Positions 1 through 9,896 of a DNA stretch of 64,000 nt are shown piece by piece. The stretch lies in NCBI GenBank assembly GCA_964637845.1, contig CAZWXI010000002.1, forward strand, positions 28,667 through 92,666. Reading direction: 5' to 3'. The position numbers and the translations under genes are program-made. The notes beneath the pieces are model-generated. The model did no database searches, was not told the DNA's origin, and worked only from the letters and a program-made list of their open reading frames with translations. Source of the DNA: an uncultured Hyphomicrobiales bacterium. GTDB lineage: Bacteria > Bacteroidota > Ignavibacteria > Kapaibacteriales > UBA2268. Positions within the stretch are counted from its first letter, which is position 1. Every line of letters begins with the position of its first letter.

Positions 1-1152
1 ACGTGTGGAACGAATCCCAACCTCTTCGACGATTCCTTCTATACCTTCAAAAATTATCCAATCTCCAACTTCAAAGGGTTGGTCAACAAATATAGTCACC
101 GAGCCAAACAAATTTCTGACGGTATCCTTTGCGGCAAGTGCCACAGCTAATCCGCCAATTGAAACTCCCGCCAAGAGTGGCGTGATATCAATTCCCAAAT
201 TCGTTAATACGTAAAACACACCAAGCACGAGAACGATGAATTTCATCGCTGTACGGACAAAAGGCACAAGATGGTTGTCAAGTTTTGTTTCAGTCTTATG
301 AGACATTCGCTCTAACAAATCCCCAACGAAATTTGTAAATCTTAATACCATTACGGTTAATATAATCGGTTGAATTGCTTTGACTGCCATTGATACGTAG
401 TATGCAAATCGAATAGGGAGTTGGAGCATTATTAAAAATACATCTACCAAGAATACAACAACAAATATGCTGAATGGTCCCGAAATCGGCTTTATGTATT
501 TTCGGAATACATCTTTTCGTTCGAATTTGTTGAATACCCTGTATAAAATGATACCAAAAAATACACGTAAAATGAAATATATCAATGTACCAATTACAAT
601 GAAGGACAAAATTCCAACCCATTGCCAAACTTTCAGTCCGATTAGTGTAATACTCCATGAGTCAGAAAGATTTTCAATAATCGGACCGATATCAACTATA
701 TGAGCGGCATCATACAACTTTGGTATTTTACTCACTGTTTCTTTAGAATATAGCCATTTATCACCCTTTTTAACCAAGTAAATATCCGGTAATTGCGGAA
801 AAGGGATAAATTTATGCTTACCGGTTGCGGGGTCGACATAGTTAGGGTCATCGGGTATGTCGCCAAGTTCGACCATTAGGTTTTGTGAATCATATATTTT
901 CAGCAACATCAAAGCGATTTCGTCCGCCTCGGTTATTGAACTGCTGCTGATATCGAAAGGTTCAGTTGCCAACTTCGGGTCATAAGTATCCTCCTGCAAG
1001 AATCTCAAATGTGTATTGATTGCATCATAAGGTGATTCTAAAGATATAGTTAGTTCATTTTTTGAACTGATGTCTTGTGAATGGGTTGCGATTGCAACTG
1101 TTATGATAAGAACTAATATAATGATAACTGCTTTATGATTTTGATATGTCAT
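1..1152 (-). CDS. Mechanosensitive ion channel, MscS family (partial; C-terminus lies beyond window start)
   Basis: Not in the ORF track because it runs off the edge. Hand translation of the minus strand from ATG (complement of 1150-1152) stays open for 384 codons down to position 1. N-terminal signal/TM segment (MTYQNHKAVIIILVLIITVAIA), several TM helices, and the MscS core LLAGVSIGGLAVALAAKDTVRNLFGSVTIFVDQPFEVGDWI. Track ORFs 5..214, 296..658 and 467..703 are other-frame artefacts inside it. Confidence 0.85.
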   Translation of the reverse strand, partial: MTYQNHKAVIIILVLIITVAIATHSQDISSKNELTISLESPYDAINTHLRFLQEDTYDPKLATEPFDISSSSITEADEIALMLLKIYDSQNLMVELGDIPDDPNYVDPATGKHKFIPFPQLPDIYLVKKGDKWLYSKETVSKIPKLYDAAHIVDIGPIIENLSDSWSITLIGLKVWQWVGILSFIVIGTLIYFILRVFFGIILYRVFNKFERKDVFRKYIKPISGPFSIFVVVFLVDVFLIMLQLPIRFAYYVSMAVKAIQPIILTVMVLRFTNFVGDLLERMSHKTETKLDNHLVPFVRTAMKFIVLVLGVFYVLTNLGIDITPLLAGVSIGGLAVALAAKDTVRNLFGSVTIFVDQPFEVGDWIIFEGIEGIVEEVGIRSTR

Positions 1153-1279
1153 ATTTTTCTACTGAAATGATATTAAACTTATTTGAGCTTAGATAAACAT
1201 TTTTTTTTATTATTTTGCGATATTATCTATGCAAATTTAAAAATTTATTTCTTGTAATTGTTATTAAACGGAAAACATT

Positions 1280-1813
1280 ATGGCTATCAACATTGATACT
1301 ATACTTAAAGTAGTAAATAATATCGCTCCCGAAGTCGAAACCTATATTCATCGCAATCAACTTTCATTGATAATACCACGCGAAAAAATCCTTGAAGTTG
1401 CCCAAGAACTTCGCGATAATCCGGGAACAGCTTTTGATATGCTTGTTGACGTAAGTGCTATTGATTGGCTAAGAAACAAGAATCCCCGTTTCGAAGTTGT
1501 CTATTTCTTGTACTCTTTAAAATATTCAGAACGCTTGAGACTAAAAGTACCATTATCCGAAAAGTCGCTGCATTGCCCGTCAGTTTATTCCGTTTGGGAG
1601 AGTGCAGATTGGTACGAGCGCGAGACCTACGATATGTATGGTATAATATTCGACAATCATCCCGATATGAGGCGGTTCTATATGCCCGAAGATTATGTTG
1701 ACCCCGAAACAGGAGAACCAATTTACCCACTTCTCAAAGACTTTCCGTTGATGGGCATACCCGAATCATTACCGCTTCCTCCGTATCCCGAAAGATACGG
1801 AGAAATACAATAA
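1280..1813 (+). CDS. nuoC: NADH-quinone oxidoreductase subunit C (complex I 30 kDa subunit) homolog, not in a nuo operon
   Basis: WESADWYERETYDMYGIIFDNHPDMRRFYMPEDY matches the NuoC/Nqo5 signature region. The 177-aa size fits a stand-alone NuoC. Confidence 0.8.
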   Translation: MAINIDTILKVVNNIAPEVETYIHRNQLSLIIPREKILEVAQELRDNPGTAFDMLVDVSAIDWLRNKNPRFEVVYFLYSLKYSERLRLKVPLSEKSLHCPSVYSVWESADWYERETYDMYGIIFDNHPDMRRFYMPEDYVDPETGEPIYPLLKDFPLMGIPESLPLPPYPERYGEIQ

Positions 1814-1946
1814 ATTAAAATTTTATCATTTTCGTTTTGAAAATTGGAATAAATATTGCATCTTTGTAATAAATGTTAAATTTGGTTATTGTATTTTGTT
1901 TGGGTTTCGGAAAATTGTTAAAATACCTTCATTTGTTTGATGAATA

Positions 1947-4166
1947 TTGATTAAATTAGCTACTATACTATTACTTTTCTTTATATCATACTTTGTTTAT
2001 TCAGGGCAAAGTAGTCTTGATAGTTTGAATAAAGTCGTAGAAAACTCAATATCATCAGAAAAATTTGATGACAATCTTTACCAAACAATAGACTACATCG
2101 CAAACTATTACGAACTCTATAACCCCAAGGCAGGTGTTGACTTTATCGAAAAACTCATTAACCATGGTGGTTTTTCCGGCAAAAGCCGCTTCTACGGTCT
2201 GATGTACTCTTGGTTGGGGAAATACCATAGGGTTTTGTTCTCGCCTGAAAACTCTCTGAAATTTTTACTTTTGAGCGAAAAATTCTTCTCAGATGCTGGT
2301 GATAAACTTTCTTTATATTATAACTATTCCGATATTGGACATATATATTTTGACTACAGACAATTCAACAAATCCATAAATTATTACATTCAATCTTATC
2401 ATGGATTTAATACTGACATCAACGATACAAGTGAGGCGAATCAACCTTACATTCGAGGGCTTTCGCAATCCCTAATTTATATGGGGCTTGCAAACGAAAA
2501 GCTTGGTAATTATCAAAAAGCTATCGAAGAACTGGAACTTAGTCTCGAATTACGTAAAAAGCTCAGGGAACGTAAAGAAATTCCTGTCATTTACAGGCAT
2601 TTGGCTCGGAATCACGGCTTGGCTAAGCGTTTTGGGAAAGCTTTTCAATATTATGATTCAGTCTTCGCATATCAAGTTCCTGATATTAAAAATGACCCGC
2701 TTCAACTTACTTCAATATCAATGGTGAAAGCTGAAGCATTTACAGAAAGGGCATGGCTTTTTGTGCAAATGGATGATATCAATAAAGCGAATAGAGACAT
2801 CAATGAAGCCGAGTTAATATACTCGCAAACAGCTAATTATGTCGCATTGGTCAAGGCGTTTGACAGATTTGCACGAGCTTTGGCCGACAAAAAGCATACA
2901 ACACAAGCTTTTGAATACTTGCATAAAGCGAACAAAATCGCACTCAATAATTCTCTAAACTTCAATGCAATGCTAATTGCCCGAAAATTGAGCGAACTCT
3001 ATGAATCAAGCGGCAATCAGCAAATGGCTTTCAAATATTTAAGTCAGTACCGTGATATGAACGATTCATTGTTTAGGCATTATTTATCTCGTTCAATAGA
3101 AAATGCTGAATTAAATATACGAATGAGTGAGAAAGTCAGAACGATTGAAGAACTAGAAAAAGAAGCTCGGCTCATTTCCGCAGAATTATCTCGACGAAAC
3201 TTACAACTCTTGTTAGTTGTTCTTTTAGCGATTGTTTTTATTATTCTCACAGTATTTTATGTTCGCCAAAATTCCATGCGAAAGAATTTTGCTGAAGTCT
3301 TGAAAGACAAGAATCATCATCTCACAAAAGCCAATGACAAACTTGTTGTCTCTGAACAGCAATTAGAATTAAAAAACAAAGAGCTTATCAAAAAGAATAT
3401 GCAACTTGAAAACTTGAACAATACCAAAGACAAGTTGTTCTCAATTCTTTCGCACGATTTAAAGAATGCAGTCGGCTCATTTAAAAATTTATCGGATTTG
3501 TTGCATGATAATTATGAGGACCTTACTGAAACAGAAAAACGTGATTTTGTGCTGATGATACAGGATTCCTCTAAGAAGTTGTTCATGCTATTAGAAAACC
3601 TGCTTACTTGGTCTCGCAGCCAAAGAGGGTTAATTCAATTCTCGCCTGCTCCTCATGAGATTCATAAGCTAATCCAGAAAAACATTAATTTAATTCGAGA
3701 ACAACTCAAAACAAAAAAAATCACTCTCATAAATGAAGTAGATGGGGATTTAATAGCTTATTTTGATTATTCGATGATTGATACGGTTGTGAGGAATTTG
3801 TTGTCCAATGCAGTTAAATTCACAGACCTTGAGGGAATGATTATAATCTCGACAGGTTCTGTGAACGGACAAGATGACCGCATCAGAATTTCTATCGAAG
3901 ATAGCGGGATAGGTATGGATAAACGCACTCTAAACCGCTTGTTCAGAATAACGCAACAGAAATCTAAAAAAGGTACCCAAGGTGAACAAGGTTCAGGACT
4001 TGGATTAATTATATGTCGTGAATTTGTTGAGAAAAATGGTGGCAGAATTTGGGCTGAAAGTAAACTATACGAAGGTACCAAATTCCATTTCACACTACCA
4101 CTACACAATGACCCACCAAAAAAGAGCCACCCCGTTGAGAGTGACACCTTAGAAATTGCCGGCTAA
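1947..4166 (+). CDS. Sensor histidine kinase with N-terminal TPR-like repeats, one internal TM helix, coiled coil, HisKA and HATPase_c
   Basis: H-box LFSILSHDLKNAVGSF, N-box VVRNLLSNAVKFT, G-boxes DSGIGM and GSGLGLIICREFVE; TM helix LLLVVLLAIVFIILTVFYV. The TTG start at 1947 is supported because an in-frame TGA sits at 1941-1943 and the first internal Met lies well downstream of the hydrophobic N-terminus. Confidence 0.8.
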   Translation: MIKLATILLLFFISYFVYSGQSSLDSLNKVVENSISSEKFDDNLYQTIDYIANYYELYNPKAGVDFIEKLINHGGFSGKSRFYGLMYSWLGKYHRVLFSPENSLKFLLLSEKFFSDAGDKLSLYYNYSDIGHIYFDYRQFNKSINYYIQSYHGFNTDINDTSEANQPYIRGLSQSLIYMGLANEKLGNYQKAIEELELSLELRKKLRERKEIPVIYRHLARNHGLAKRFGKAFQYYDSVFAYQVPDIKNDPLQLTSISMVKAEAFTERAWLFVQMDDINKANRDINEAELIYSQTANYVALVKAFDRFARALADKKHTTQAFEYLHKANKIALNNSLNFNAMLIARKLSELYESSGNQQMAFKYLSQYRDMNDSLFRHYLSRSIENAELNIRMSEKVRTIEELEKEARLISAELSRRNLQLLLVVLLAIVFIILTVFYVRQNSMRKNFAEVLKDKNHHLTKANDKLVVSEQQLELKNKELIKKNMQLENLNNTKDKLFSILSHDLKNAVGSFKNLSDLLHDNYEDLTETEKRDFVLMIQDSSKKLFMLLENLLTWSRSQRGLIQFSPAPHEIHKLIQKNINLIREQLKTKKITLINEVDGDLIAYFDYSMIDTVVRNLLSNAVKFTDLEGMIIISTGSVNGQDDRIRISIEDSGIGMDKRTLNRLFRITQQKSKKGTQGEQGSGLGLIICREFVEKNGGRIWAESKLYEGTKFHFTLPLHNDPPKKSHPVESDTLEIAG

Positions 4167-4178
4167 TCAAGTATCACA

Positions 4179-6434
4179 CTATCTTTCCTGAGCATCAACC
4201 ACCGTTAGTGCGACCATATCGAGTATTTGTGATACATCATCACCTCTTTGTAAAACGCAAATCGGTTTATCCAAACCCAAAAGGACAGGTCCAAGTACAT
4301 GGGCGCCACCTATACGGTTCAACAATTTATAAGCAATATTGCCTGCCGCTAAATTTGGAAATATCAATACGTTTGCTCCGCCTTTTAAATTCGAGAACGG
4401 AAAAGTTGTATTAATAATATTCGGGACAACGGCTGTATCGGCCTGCATCTCGCCGTCAATTATTAGCTCGGGAGATCTTTCTTTGGTTATTTTGAGTGCA
4501 TGTCGCATTTTTTCCGGGACTTCACCTTCAGCCGAGCCGAAGTTACTATAAGACAACAATGCTACTTTCGGTGTTATATCGAAATGTTTCACGAAATTTG
4601 ATGCTTGAATGGTTATATCGGATAAATGATGCCCCGTCGGCTCAATGTTAACTGTTGTATCGGCTAAAAAATATGTTCCTGTTTTGGTAGAAACGACATA
4701 TAAACCCGAAACGACAGAATAATCCTTTTTCTTCCCGACTACCTGTAAAGCGGGACGTATTGTCATTGGATAGTGTGTAGTTAAACCTGATACCATCCCG
4801 TCGGCATCTCCAAGTTTGACCATCATAGCTCCGAAATAATTCGGTTCATTACTCATGGTAATTTTGGATGAGGCTTTTGTGACCCCCTTTCTTTGCCTTA
4901 TTTCGTAAAACTTCTCAATGTATTCATCCATTTTATCAAATTTCTTCGGGTCAATGATTTCGATTCCTGAAAGGTCGTGCCCATGTTCTTCGGCAAATTC
5001 TTTAATTATGCTTTCATTTCCAATCAATATCGGATATGCAATTTTCATTTCATGGCTCATGATAGCAGTACTGATGATTTTGGGATTTTCGCCCTCAGGA
5101 AAAACAATTTTCTTAGGTGATTGCTTTGCCTTTTGATATATATTGTGCATTATCTCAAATGACCGACCCATTCTCACATCAAGACTTTGTATATATGCCT
5201 CGAAGTCAGTAATCGGATGCCTTGCCACACCTGTATCAATAGCGGCTTTGGCGACTGCCGGTGCAACCCTCGTTAAGACTCTCGGGTCGAATGGCTTAGG
5301 AATGATATACTCTCTACCGAATGACATATTCTCGACATTATAAGCTCTTTTAACACTATCGGGAACGTCCTCTCGAGCTAACTCGGCTAATGCGTAAGCA
5401 GCGGCTTTTTTCATCTCCTCGTTGATTGCTTTTGCATGTACGTCAAGAGCACCACGGAATATAAACGGGAAACCCAAAACATTGTTAACCTGATTAGGGT
5501 AATCTGAGCGTCCCGTTGCCATAATTACATCCTTACGAGTTGCTACGGCAACGTCATAGCCGATTTCCGGGTCTGGATTTGCCATAGCAAAAACTATCGG
5601 GTTATCATTCATTGTCACTAACATTTCAGGTGTTACGCAATCAGCTTGAGATAGACCTACAAATACATCAGCACCTTTCAAAGCATCTTCTAAAGTTCGA
5701 GCTTCGGTTTCAATGGCAAATTCTTCCTTATAAATATTCATACCGCTTGTTCTACCCTTATATAATACACCTTTTGTATCACACATAATGATATTTTTAG
5801 GGTCAACACCTAAACTTATGTGGAACTTAGCACATGCTATGCCCGATGCCCCTGCACCGTTATAAACTACTTTTAAATCTTTGAGCTTTTTGTTTACCAA
5901 TTCCGATGCATTTAGCAATGCCGCGCCACTGATAATTGCCGTGCCATGCTGGTCATCGTGAAACACTGGAATATCAAGACGTTTCTTGAGTTTTTCTTCA
6001 ATTACGAAACATTCCGGACCTTTGATATCTTCGAGGTTAATTCCTCCGAATGTTGGTGATATTAATTCAACAGTTCTTATTATATCTTCAACCTCTTTTG
6101 ATTCAATTTCGATGTCAAAAACATCAATATCTGCAAAAACTTTGAATAAAACCCCCTTCCCTTCCATCACGGGTTTTCCACCCAAAGCACCCAAATCGCC
6201 CAATCCCAATACTGCCGTCCCGTTTGAAATCACTGCAACCAAATTGCCTTTTGCAGTATATTTAAAAACATCTTCGGGATTATTGAATATTTCGCGGCAT
6301 GGCTCTGCTACTCCTGGCGAGTACGCTAACGAAAGATCTCTTTGTGTTGCTGTTGGCTTTGTCGTGACAACTTCGATTTTCCCCTTTCTACCAGTACTGT
6401 GATAATCCAGTGCCTCCTGACGTTGGATTTTCAT
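4179..6434 (-). CDS. maeB: NADP-dependent malic enzyme (malic enzyme domain fused to a phosphate acetyltransferase-like domain)
   Basis: 751 aa. N-terminus QEALDYHSTGRKGKIEV..TKP..TQRDLSLAYSPGVAEPC and VFHDDQHGTAII are typical of MaeB, and the C-terminal half is PTA-like. AGGAGA Shine-Dalgarno sequence on the minus strand just upstream (complement of about 6441-6447). Confidence 0.9.
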   Translation of the reverse strand: MKIQRQEALDYHSTGRKGKIEVVTTKPTATQRDLSLAYSPGVAEPCREIFNNPEDVFKYTAKGNLVAVISNGTAVLGLGDLGALGGKPVMEGKGVLFKVFADIDVFDIEIESKEVEDIIRTVELISPTFGGINLEDIKGPECFVIEEKLKKRLDIPVFHDDQHGTAIISGAALLNASELVNKKLKDLKVVYNGAGASGIACAKFHISLGVDPKNIIMCDTKGVLYKGRTSGMNIYKEEFAIETEARTLEDALKGADVFVGLSQADCVTPEMLVTMNDNPIVFAMANPDPEIGYDVAVATRKDVIMATGRSDYPNQVNNVLGFPFIFRGALDVHAKAINEEMKKAAAYALAELAREDVPDSVKRAYNVENMSFGREYIIPKPFDPRVLTRVAPAVAKAAIDTGVARHPITDFEAYIQSLDVRMGRSFEIMHNIYQKAKQSPKKIVFPEGENPKIISTAIMSHEMKIAYPILIGNESIIKEFAEEHGHDLSGIEIIDPKKFDKMDEYIEKFYEIRQRKGVTKASSKITMSNEPNYFGAMMVKLGDADGMVSGLTTHYPMTIRPALQVVGKKKDYSVVSGLYVVSTKTGTYFLADTTVNIEPTGHHLSDITIQASNFVKHFDITPKVALLSYSNFGSAEGEVPEKMRHALKITKERSPELIIDGEMQADTAVVPNIINTTFPFSNLKGGANVLIFPNLAAGNIAYKLLNRIGGAHVLGPVLLGLDKPICVLQRGDDVSQILDMVALTVVDAQER

Positions 6435-6574
6435 TTGAATTCTCCTCTAATTGATAAAATGTTGTTTTACAAAAACTAATACTAAATTATGTTCTTAAAT
6501 AATCATAAAGTAATAAAATTATGTGAATTTACACACTAAAATCAGTATTTTCTGAAAATTTTGTAATTTTTCGC

Positions 6575-7405
6575 TTATTGGAAGGACTCAATAGCAGAAA
6601 AGATAAACTCGCGAATGTCAAGCTTCGATTTAATTGCCAATTCGACGACTTCTTGATGTGATACAACTTGCGGAATTTCTTTAGATTTATTAGTAATCAA
6701 CGAACACGCGATAGTCTGAAATCCAAGCAATTCAGCGGTGTGCGCCTCTAAAACTGTTGACATTCCGACAGCATCTGCTCCTAACCTTCTAAACATTCTA
6801 ATTTCTGAACGAGTCTCGTAATTGGGTCCAATCACTCCTGCATAAGTGCCGTATTTCAGGTGTATTCCCTTGGGAGTTAATGATGTATAAATTCTTCTGA
6901 ATAAATTATAATTATTTTGATAATCAGATTTTGAGTTCCTATGACGAAAGCCATCAAAGACTCCCGACAGGTCTTTATATGTGAAATTGATATAATCTCC
7001 GATATACATTAAGTCGCCCGGGATATAAGTATCATTCAATCCGCCCGCAGCATTTGTGAGTATAATTCTGCGTATTCCCAGCAAATAAGATAATATGATA
7101 GGCGAGACTACAGTACTAACGTCCAATCCTTCATACAAATGAAAGCGTCCCGAGAAAACCATCACTTTCTTATGCTTGTGATTTATCAATAGTAAATTCC
7201 CATCGTGACCGGTAACACCCGTTGAATGAAAGTTCGGGATTTCTGTGTAAGAGATGGAGTAAGCAATATCTGAGGATATAAATGATTGTGATACGCCCGA
7301 ACCTGCTATTAATGCTATTTCTGCCTCATCAAACAGTGTGGACTGTAAATACCTCTTTGCTTTATTATAGTGTTCAATTATATCATTTTTCAATTTAGGT
7401 TTCAT
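6575..7405 (-). CDS. Purine nucleoside phosphorylase (PNP/MTAP family, PunA-type)
   Basis: Motifs GSGVS, HSTGVTGHDG, FSGRFHLYEG, TNAAGGL, GPNYETRSEIRMFRRLGADAVGMSTVLE. The start ATG overlaps the upstream gene stop (ATGA at 7402-7405). Confidence 0.85.
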   Translation of the reverse strand: MKPKLKNDIIEHYNKAKRYLQSTLFDEAEIALIAGSGVSQSFISSDIAYSISYTEIPNFHSTGVTGHDGNLLLINHKHKKVMVFSGRFHLYEGLDVSTVVSPIILSYLLGIRRIILTNAAGGLNDTYIPGDLMYIGDYINFTYKDLSGVFDGFRHRNSKSDYQNNYNLFRRIYTSLTPKGIHLKYGTYAGVIGPNYETRSEIRMFRRLGADAVGMSTVLEAHTAELLGFQTIACSLITNKSKEIPQVVSHQEVVELAIKSKLDIREFIFSAIESFQ

Positions 7406-8619
7406 AATACAACAGATATACTTTTGTTGATAGGTGTTTGAATATTTCCAGAATAAATTTCTTCAGTTCCTTCATCTTTCAAAAGTAATATCTTTTCTAC
7501 AATAATTGGTAATGACATGATGTAGTTTATGAAATTCATTACATTATCAGGTAAATTGTATTTGACTTCCGGCTCATACGATTTTAAATTTCCGGATATA
7601 GTCATGTCGTATAAATATTCGTAAACATCAAAATAACCAGATGAATCTATTTTTAAGCGTATCTTTGTCTTTTCTTGTAAATTCAGGCTTTTCACTCTAC
7701 AAGTGAACAAAAGTACTTTGAATTCATTTTTATAAATGAACGGTGCAATAAATTGAAAAATATACTGCTGATGGTAAAATAAAGTGTTTTGGATGAACAT
7801 ACTTAGTAGAAATTCTTGGACTTTCTTAGATGCATTAACTAATGATTCGTCATTTTGATAAAATTTGATAAATGATTCTTGTAATCCATTTAAAAATAAT
7901 TTAATTATAAAAATTAATCTTTTGAAATACTTCTGAATAGATGACTCAGTAAAACCTTCATTCGGTATTTTAAAATCTTCAACGAAGTTACTTCTTTCGA
8001 ATAAAATTTTTAGGTCATACAATATATGCTCAAATCTTGCTGCAAAAGGCAAAGTATTCAAAAATAGTTCTTCATCAAAATCAATTCCTGAAATTTTAAA
8101 TTTCCATAGTTGCTCAAATATTGATTGTAAATTGTAATTGGCAAGCTCAACTTTAGATAGAGAAGCATATTGTCTCAAGATTGTCAAAATCTCATCTCTT
8201 ACAATTGTGTTTTCAAATAGAATTGCTATCTTTACTGCTTCTAAAAATTCTTTACTATCGGGTAAATCAAGTATCCTAATAATATCATTAACTTCTCTTA
8301 GTTCTTTATTCTTGACAGCGCTAACAGAATAAACTCTTAATATTAAATTTGGTGTTATAGCGACCACAAGTAAGAATAGTTCATCTCCCGGGACCAACTT
8401 TCCGTGTATTTCAGCATGAAAATTACCTATCGGCAAATGCACAAGTACGCTTTGATAGCCCGTTACTTTGATAATTCTTCCTTGCACGATTTCACCTTGT
8501 CTTAATTTGCTGAATTGAGGTTTTGGTTGCTTTTGTCTGGAAGAATAGTATCTTTTGGCAGGTGCCTGATGCTGACCGCCGACATTACTAATTTGTCCGG
8601 TTTTAAATGTTTCTTCCAT
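7402..8619 (-). CDS. Hypothetical protein (405 aa), basic Gln/Lys/Pro-rich N-terminus then a beta-rich segment and a long helical Phe/Ile/Lys-rich region
   Basis: Long ORF with the same codon style as its neighbours, translationally coupled to the PNP gene. I recognise no catalytic motif. Confidence 0.5.
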   Translation of the reverse strand: MEETFKTGQISNVGGQHQAPAKRYYSSRQKQPKPQFSKLRQGEIVQGRIIKVTGYQSVLVHLPIGNFHAEIHGKLVPGDELFLLVVAITPNLILRVYSVSAVKNKELREVNDIIRILDLPDSKEFLEAVKIAILFENTIVRDEILTILRQYASLSKVELANYNLQSIFEQLWKFKISGIDFDEELFLNTLPFAARFEHILYDLKILFERSNFVEDFKIPNEGFTESSIQKYFKRLIFIIKLFLNGLQESFIKFYQNDESLVNASKKVQEFLLSMFIQNTLFYHQQYIFQFIAPFIYKNEFKVLLFTCRVKSLNLQEKTKIRLKIDSSGYFDVYEYLYDMTISGNLKSYEPEVKYNLPDNVMNFINYIMSLPIIVEKILLLKDEGTEEIYSGNIQTPINKSISVVL

Positions 8620-8744
8620 TTTCGCTTTTCATTAATTAATCGGCACAGAAATCTAAAAATTAATCTTTAATCTAAGATACATTTATAGATTTTTTATTTT
8701 TTGAAATTAGAAGTATATTTGATAATTGCAAAAATGAAATTTGA

Positions 8745-9896
8745 TTGATGAAAGCATTAATTACGGGAATTACGGGGCAAGATGGTTCCTATTTAGCAGA
8801 ATACTTGCTCTCAAAAGGGTATGAAGTTCACGGAATTATCCGTAGAGCAAGTACATTCAACACTCACAGGATTGACCATATATATACTGACCCTCACGAA
8901 ATTCAGCCCAAACTATACCTACATTACGGTGATTTATCTGACTCAGGCATCATTAATCATGTTATCAACAATACCAAACCTGATGAAATATATCACTTCG
9001 GAGCTCAAAGCCATGTTCGAGTTTCATTTGATATGCCCGAATATACAGCCGATATAACTGGATTAGGAACCTTAAGACTTTTAGAAGCAATCCGAAATTC
9101 CGACAAAAAAATTAAGTTCTATCAAGCATCATCATCTGAACTCTTTGGAGCGGCTCTACCACCTCAGAGTGAAAATACCATTTTTATACCACAATCTCCC
9201 TATGCTGCCGCAAAACTATACGCCTATTGGATTACTGATAATTACCGTTCAGCTTACAATTTATTTGCTTGCAACGGAATATTGTTTAATCATGAAAGCC
9301 CCCGCCGAGGAGAGACTTTTGTGACTCGCAAAATCTCGCGAGCAGTTAGTTCGATTCTAGCAGGAAAACAAAAGAAATTTTATCTCGGCAACCTCGATTC
9401 AAGGCGAGACTGGGGTTTTGCTCCCGAATTTATAATGATGACTTGGCTTATGTTACAACTTGATACTCCCGAAGATTTCGTAGTCGGTACGGGAGAGAGC
9501 CACTCAGTTCGGGATTTCGTTGAAAAAACTTTCGATTATTGTGGAGTAGAAATCGAATGGCGCGGAGAAGGCATAAATGAAAAAGCAATTATAAAAAGCC
9601 ACGTTTCAAAATGGAATTCTATCAAAATTGGAGATATTATGATTGAAATTGACCCGAAATATTTCAGACCAACCGAGGTTCATCATTTACTTGCTGATAT
9701 TTCTAAAGCAAAAAAAATACTAAATTGGCAACCAAAAGTTAAATTCAACGAAATTGTAAAAATAATGCTCGACCACGACCTTCTGCAAAACGGCTTAGAA
9801 CCTATAGGTGATGGAGCAAAAATCATGGCAGAGAACAATTTATTTTGGACTAAAAGCACATTTCCTACAACTTCACTTGCTCTCGATGAAAGATAA
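8745..9896 (+). CDS. gmd: GDP-mannose 4,6-dehydratase
   Basis: [51 protein letters not shown] (YxxxK) and [17 protein letters not shown] are textbook Gmd. Confidence 0.95.
   Translation: MMKALITGITGQDGSYLAEYLLSKGYEVHGIIRRASTFNTHRIDHIYTDPHEIQPKLYLHYGDLSDSGIINHVINNTKPDEIYHFGAQSHVRVSFDMPEYTADITGLGTLRLLEAIRNSDKKIKFYQASSSELFGAALPPQSENTIFIPQSPYAAAKLYAYWITDNYRSAYNLFACNGILFNHESPRRGETFVTRKISRAVSSILAGKQKKFYLGNLDSRRDWGFAPEFIMMTWLMLQLDTPEDFVVGTGESHSVRDFVEKTFDYCGVEIEWRGEGINEKAIIKSHVSKWNSIKIGDIMIEIDPKYFRPTEVHHLLADISKAKKILNWQPKVKFNEIVKIMLDHDLLQNGLEPIGDGAKIMAENNLFWTKSTFPTTSLALDER

Noticed and set aside
5-703. Track ORFs 5..214 (+), 296..658 (-) and 467..703 (+)
   Set aside because: All lie within, or antisense to, the hand-translated MscS gene (1-1152, minus strand), which has a clear family signature.
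3767-6402. Antisense or alternative-frame ORFs of 100-140 aa (3767..4147 and 5986..6402; likewise 27141..27557, 39850..40239, 43101..43421, 51103..51477 and 52214..52540 elsewhere)
   Set aside because: Each is fully nested in a longer ORF with strong family motifs. Their compositions (Ser/Pro/Ile-rich) are typical of off-frame translation.
8700-8721. Bacteroidota-type -7 promoter element TATATTTG (8714-8721) upstream of gmd
   Set aside because: The only TTTG upstream (8700-8703) is about 10 nt away, far from the expected 19-21 nt spacing. Such AT-rich motifs occur by chance in this genome.
9808-9885. N-terminal 26-aa extension of fcl suggested by the ORF track
   Set aside because: The extension lies inside the gmd coding region and has no similarity to Fcl. 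The conserved Rossmann opening [13 protein letters not shown] follows the ATG at 9886.
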